From NCBI GenBank assembly GCA_027484825.1, contig JAIXSE010000028.1, positions 68,925 through 132,924 on the forward strand: a stretch of 64,000 nucleotides of DNA. Direction: 5' to 3'. This document shows, piece by piece, positions 62,910 through 64,000 of this stretch. The first letter of the stretch is position 1. Each line of letters starts with the position of its first letter. Position numbers and translations under genes: made by a program. Source of the stretch: Rubrivivax sp. (lineage in GTDB: Bacteria; Pseudomonadota; Gammaproteobacteria; Burkholderiales; Burkholderiaceae_C). A model generated the notes under the pieces. The model saw only the letters and a list, made by a program, of their open reading frames with translations, made no database searches and had not been told where the DNA came from.

Positions 62910-64000
62910 CTAGCCTGGAAATTCCGCCAGCCCGATGCGCGGGCGGGACGGTGGGGACGATGGGGAAGCTGCAGACGCTGCAGACACTGGAGAGGCGCCC
63001 CTGCGGCGCACCAGCGGACCGATGGCGATCAGCGTGCCGAACAGCAGCGCGATCTCCAGGTGATACACCACGCTGTAGGCCACCTGCGGCTCGGACATGG
63101 CCGCGCCGAACCAGCCGTGGGCGGCGAGCGCCTCGAAGGCGTCGCGCAGCGTGCCGCCGAGCGCAACGGCCAAGCCGCCCGCCGTGGCCTGCATGGCGCC
63201 CCAGGCGCCCAGGGCCAGACCGGCGCCGCTGCTGCTCTCCAGGCCCATGGCCACCACCAGGGTGCTGACGGCAAAGAGTCCGCCGCCCAGGCCGATGAGC
63301 AGATTGCCCAGCCGGAACAACCAGCCGGAGGCCAGCGGCGCCGCGAAGATCACCGCTGAAAACGCCGCGATGCCGATCAGCAGCCCCAGGGCTGCCAGCC
63401 GGTAGGCATCCACGCCGCGGGCCAGCCAGCGCGCGGCCAGGGCAAAGGCGATGACCGAGCCCAGGGCCATGCCGGCCGTCAGCAGACTGGTGGCGGCCAC
63501 CGGCAGCTTGAGAATCGCGCCGCCGTAGGGCTCCAGCACGATGTCCTGCATGTTGAAGGCGGCCGTGCCCAGCGCCACCGCGACCAGGAAGCGGCGGGTG
63601 CTGGGCTGCGCGGCAAATCGACGCCACACGTCGCGGAAGGCAGGGGGCGCTTCGCCGTCCTGCGTCGGTGCGGCCGCACGGCGGATCGTTCCCCGCGCCT
63701 CCTGCTTCCACAAGGCGATGGTGTTGAGCACCACGGTGGTCAGCGCAGCCCCCTGCACCACGGCCACCAGCCGTGTCGGCGAGAAGCTCTCCAGCAGCAG
63801 GCTGAAGCAGCCGCTGGCCGCCACCATGCCCAGCAGCAGCATCACATACATCATGGCGACGACGCGGGGCCGGGTGTCCGGGCGGGCCTGGTCGGTCGCC
63901 AATGCCAGGCCGGCGGTCTGCGTCGTCTGCATGCCGGCGCCGACCAGCACAAAGGCCAGCGCCGCTGCCAGCCGGCCCACCATCACGCCGCCGGGCTGGG
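62910..64000 (-). CDS. lhaA: LhaA/PucC family MFS-like LH1 assembly protein (5' part beyond the window)
   Basis: 'TTQTAGLALATD', 'QDIVLEPYGG', 'GAWGAMQATA'; reading frame is open to the window edge. Confidence 0.92.
   Translation of the reverse strand, partial: QPGGVMVGRLAAALAFVLVGAGMQTTQTAGLALATDQARPDTRPRVVAMMYVMLLLGMVAASGCFSLLLESFSPTRLVAVVQGAALTTVVLNTIALWKQEARGTIRRAAAPTQDGEAPPAFRDVWRRFAAQPSTRRFLVAVALGTAAFNMQDIVLEPYGGAILKLPVAATSLLTAGMALGSVIAFALAARWLARGVDAYRLAALGLLIGIAAFSAVIFAAPLASGWLFRLGNLLIGLGGGLFAVSTLVVAMGLESSSGAGLALGAWGAMQATAGGLAVALGGTLRDAFEALAAHGWFGAAMSEPQVAYSVVYHLEIALLFGTLIAIGPLVRRRGASPVSAASAASPSSPPSRPRIGLAEFPG

Overview
High-GC Betaproteobacterial (Burkholderiales, probably Rubrivivax/Ideonella-like) chromosome segment, mostly core genes. 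From left to right: a Dpp/Opp-type ABC operon with an internal M20 amidohydrolase; lptM-cyaY-mrcA; pilMNOPQ-aroK-aroB-dgt; a REP-associated tyrosine transposase (RAYT)-like HUH gene; gltBD; a minor-pilin/PilY1 cluster; mlaFEDACB; hexR-zwf / tal-pgi-HAD; pilBCD-coaE-zapD-yacG; an RND pump with divergent BaeSR-like regulators; an exported glutaredoxin-like gene; a GT41 (OGT/SPINDLY-like) glycosyltransferase; and the end of an anoxygenic photosynthesis cluster (lhaA-puhABC-acsF-puhE). The most striking locus is 16.8-17.7 kb. The RAYT-like protein keeps its HUH metal motif and a C-terminal AT-hook but has Ser in place of the catalytic Tyr. It is preceded by a perfect 27-bp inverted-repeat doublet and accompanied by three related ~15-bp repeats, one overlapping its own putative -10 and one lying just upstream of the gltBD -35. 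This suggests a domesticated, nuclease-dead hairpin/DNA-binding protein (inference). Other notable items are a cysteine-free (non-lipidated) MlaA and the GT41 gene co-oriented directly behind puhE. No rRNA, tRNA or CRISPR array was seen. Gene names come from motif recognition only; no database search was run.
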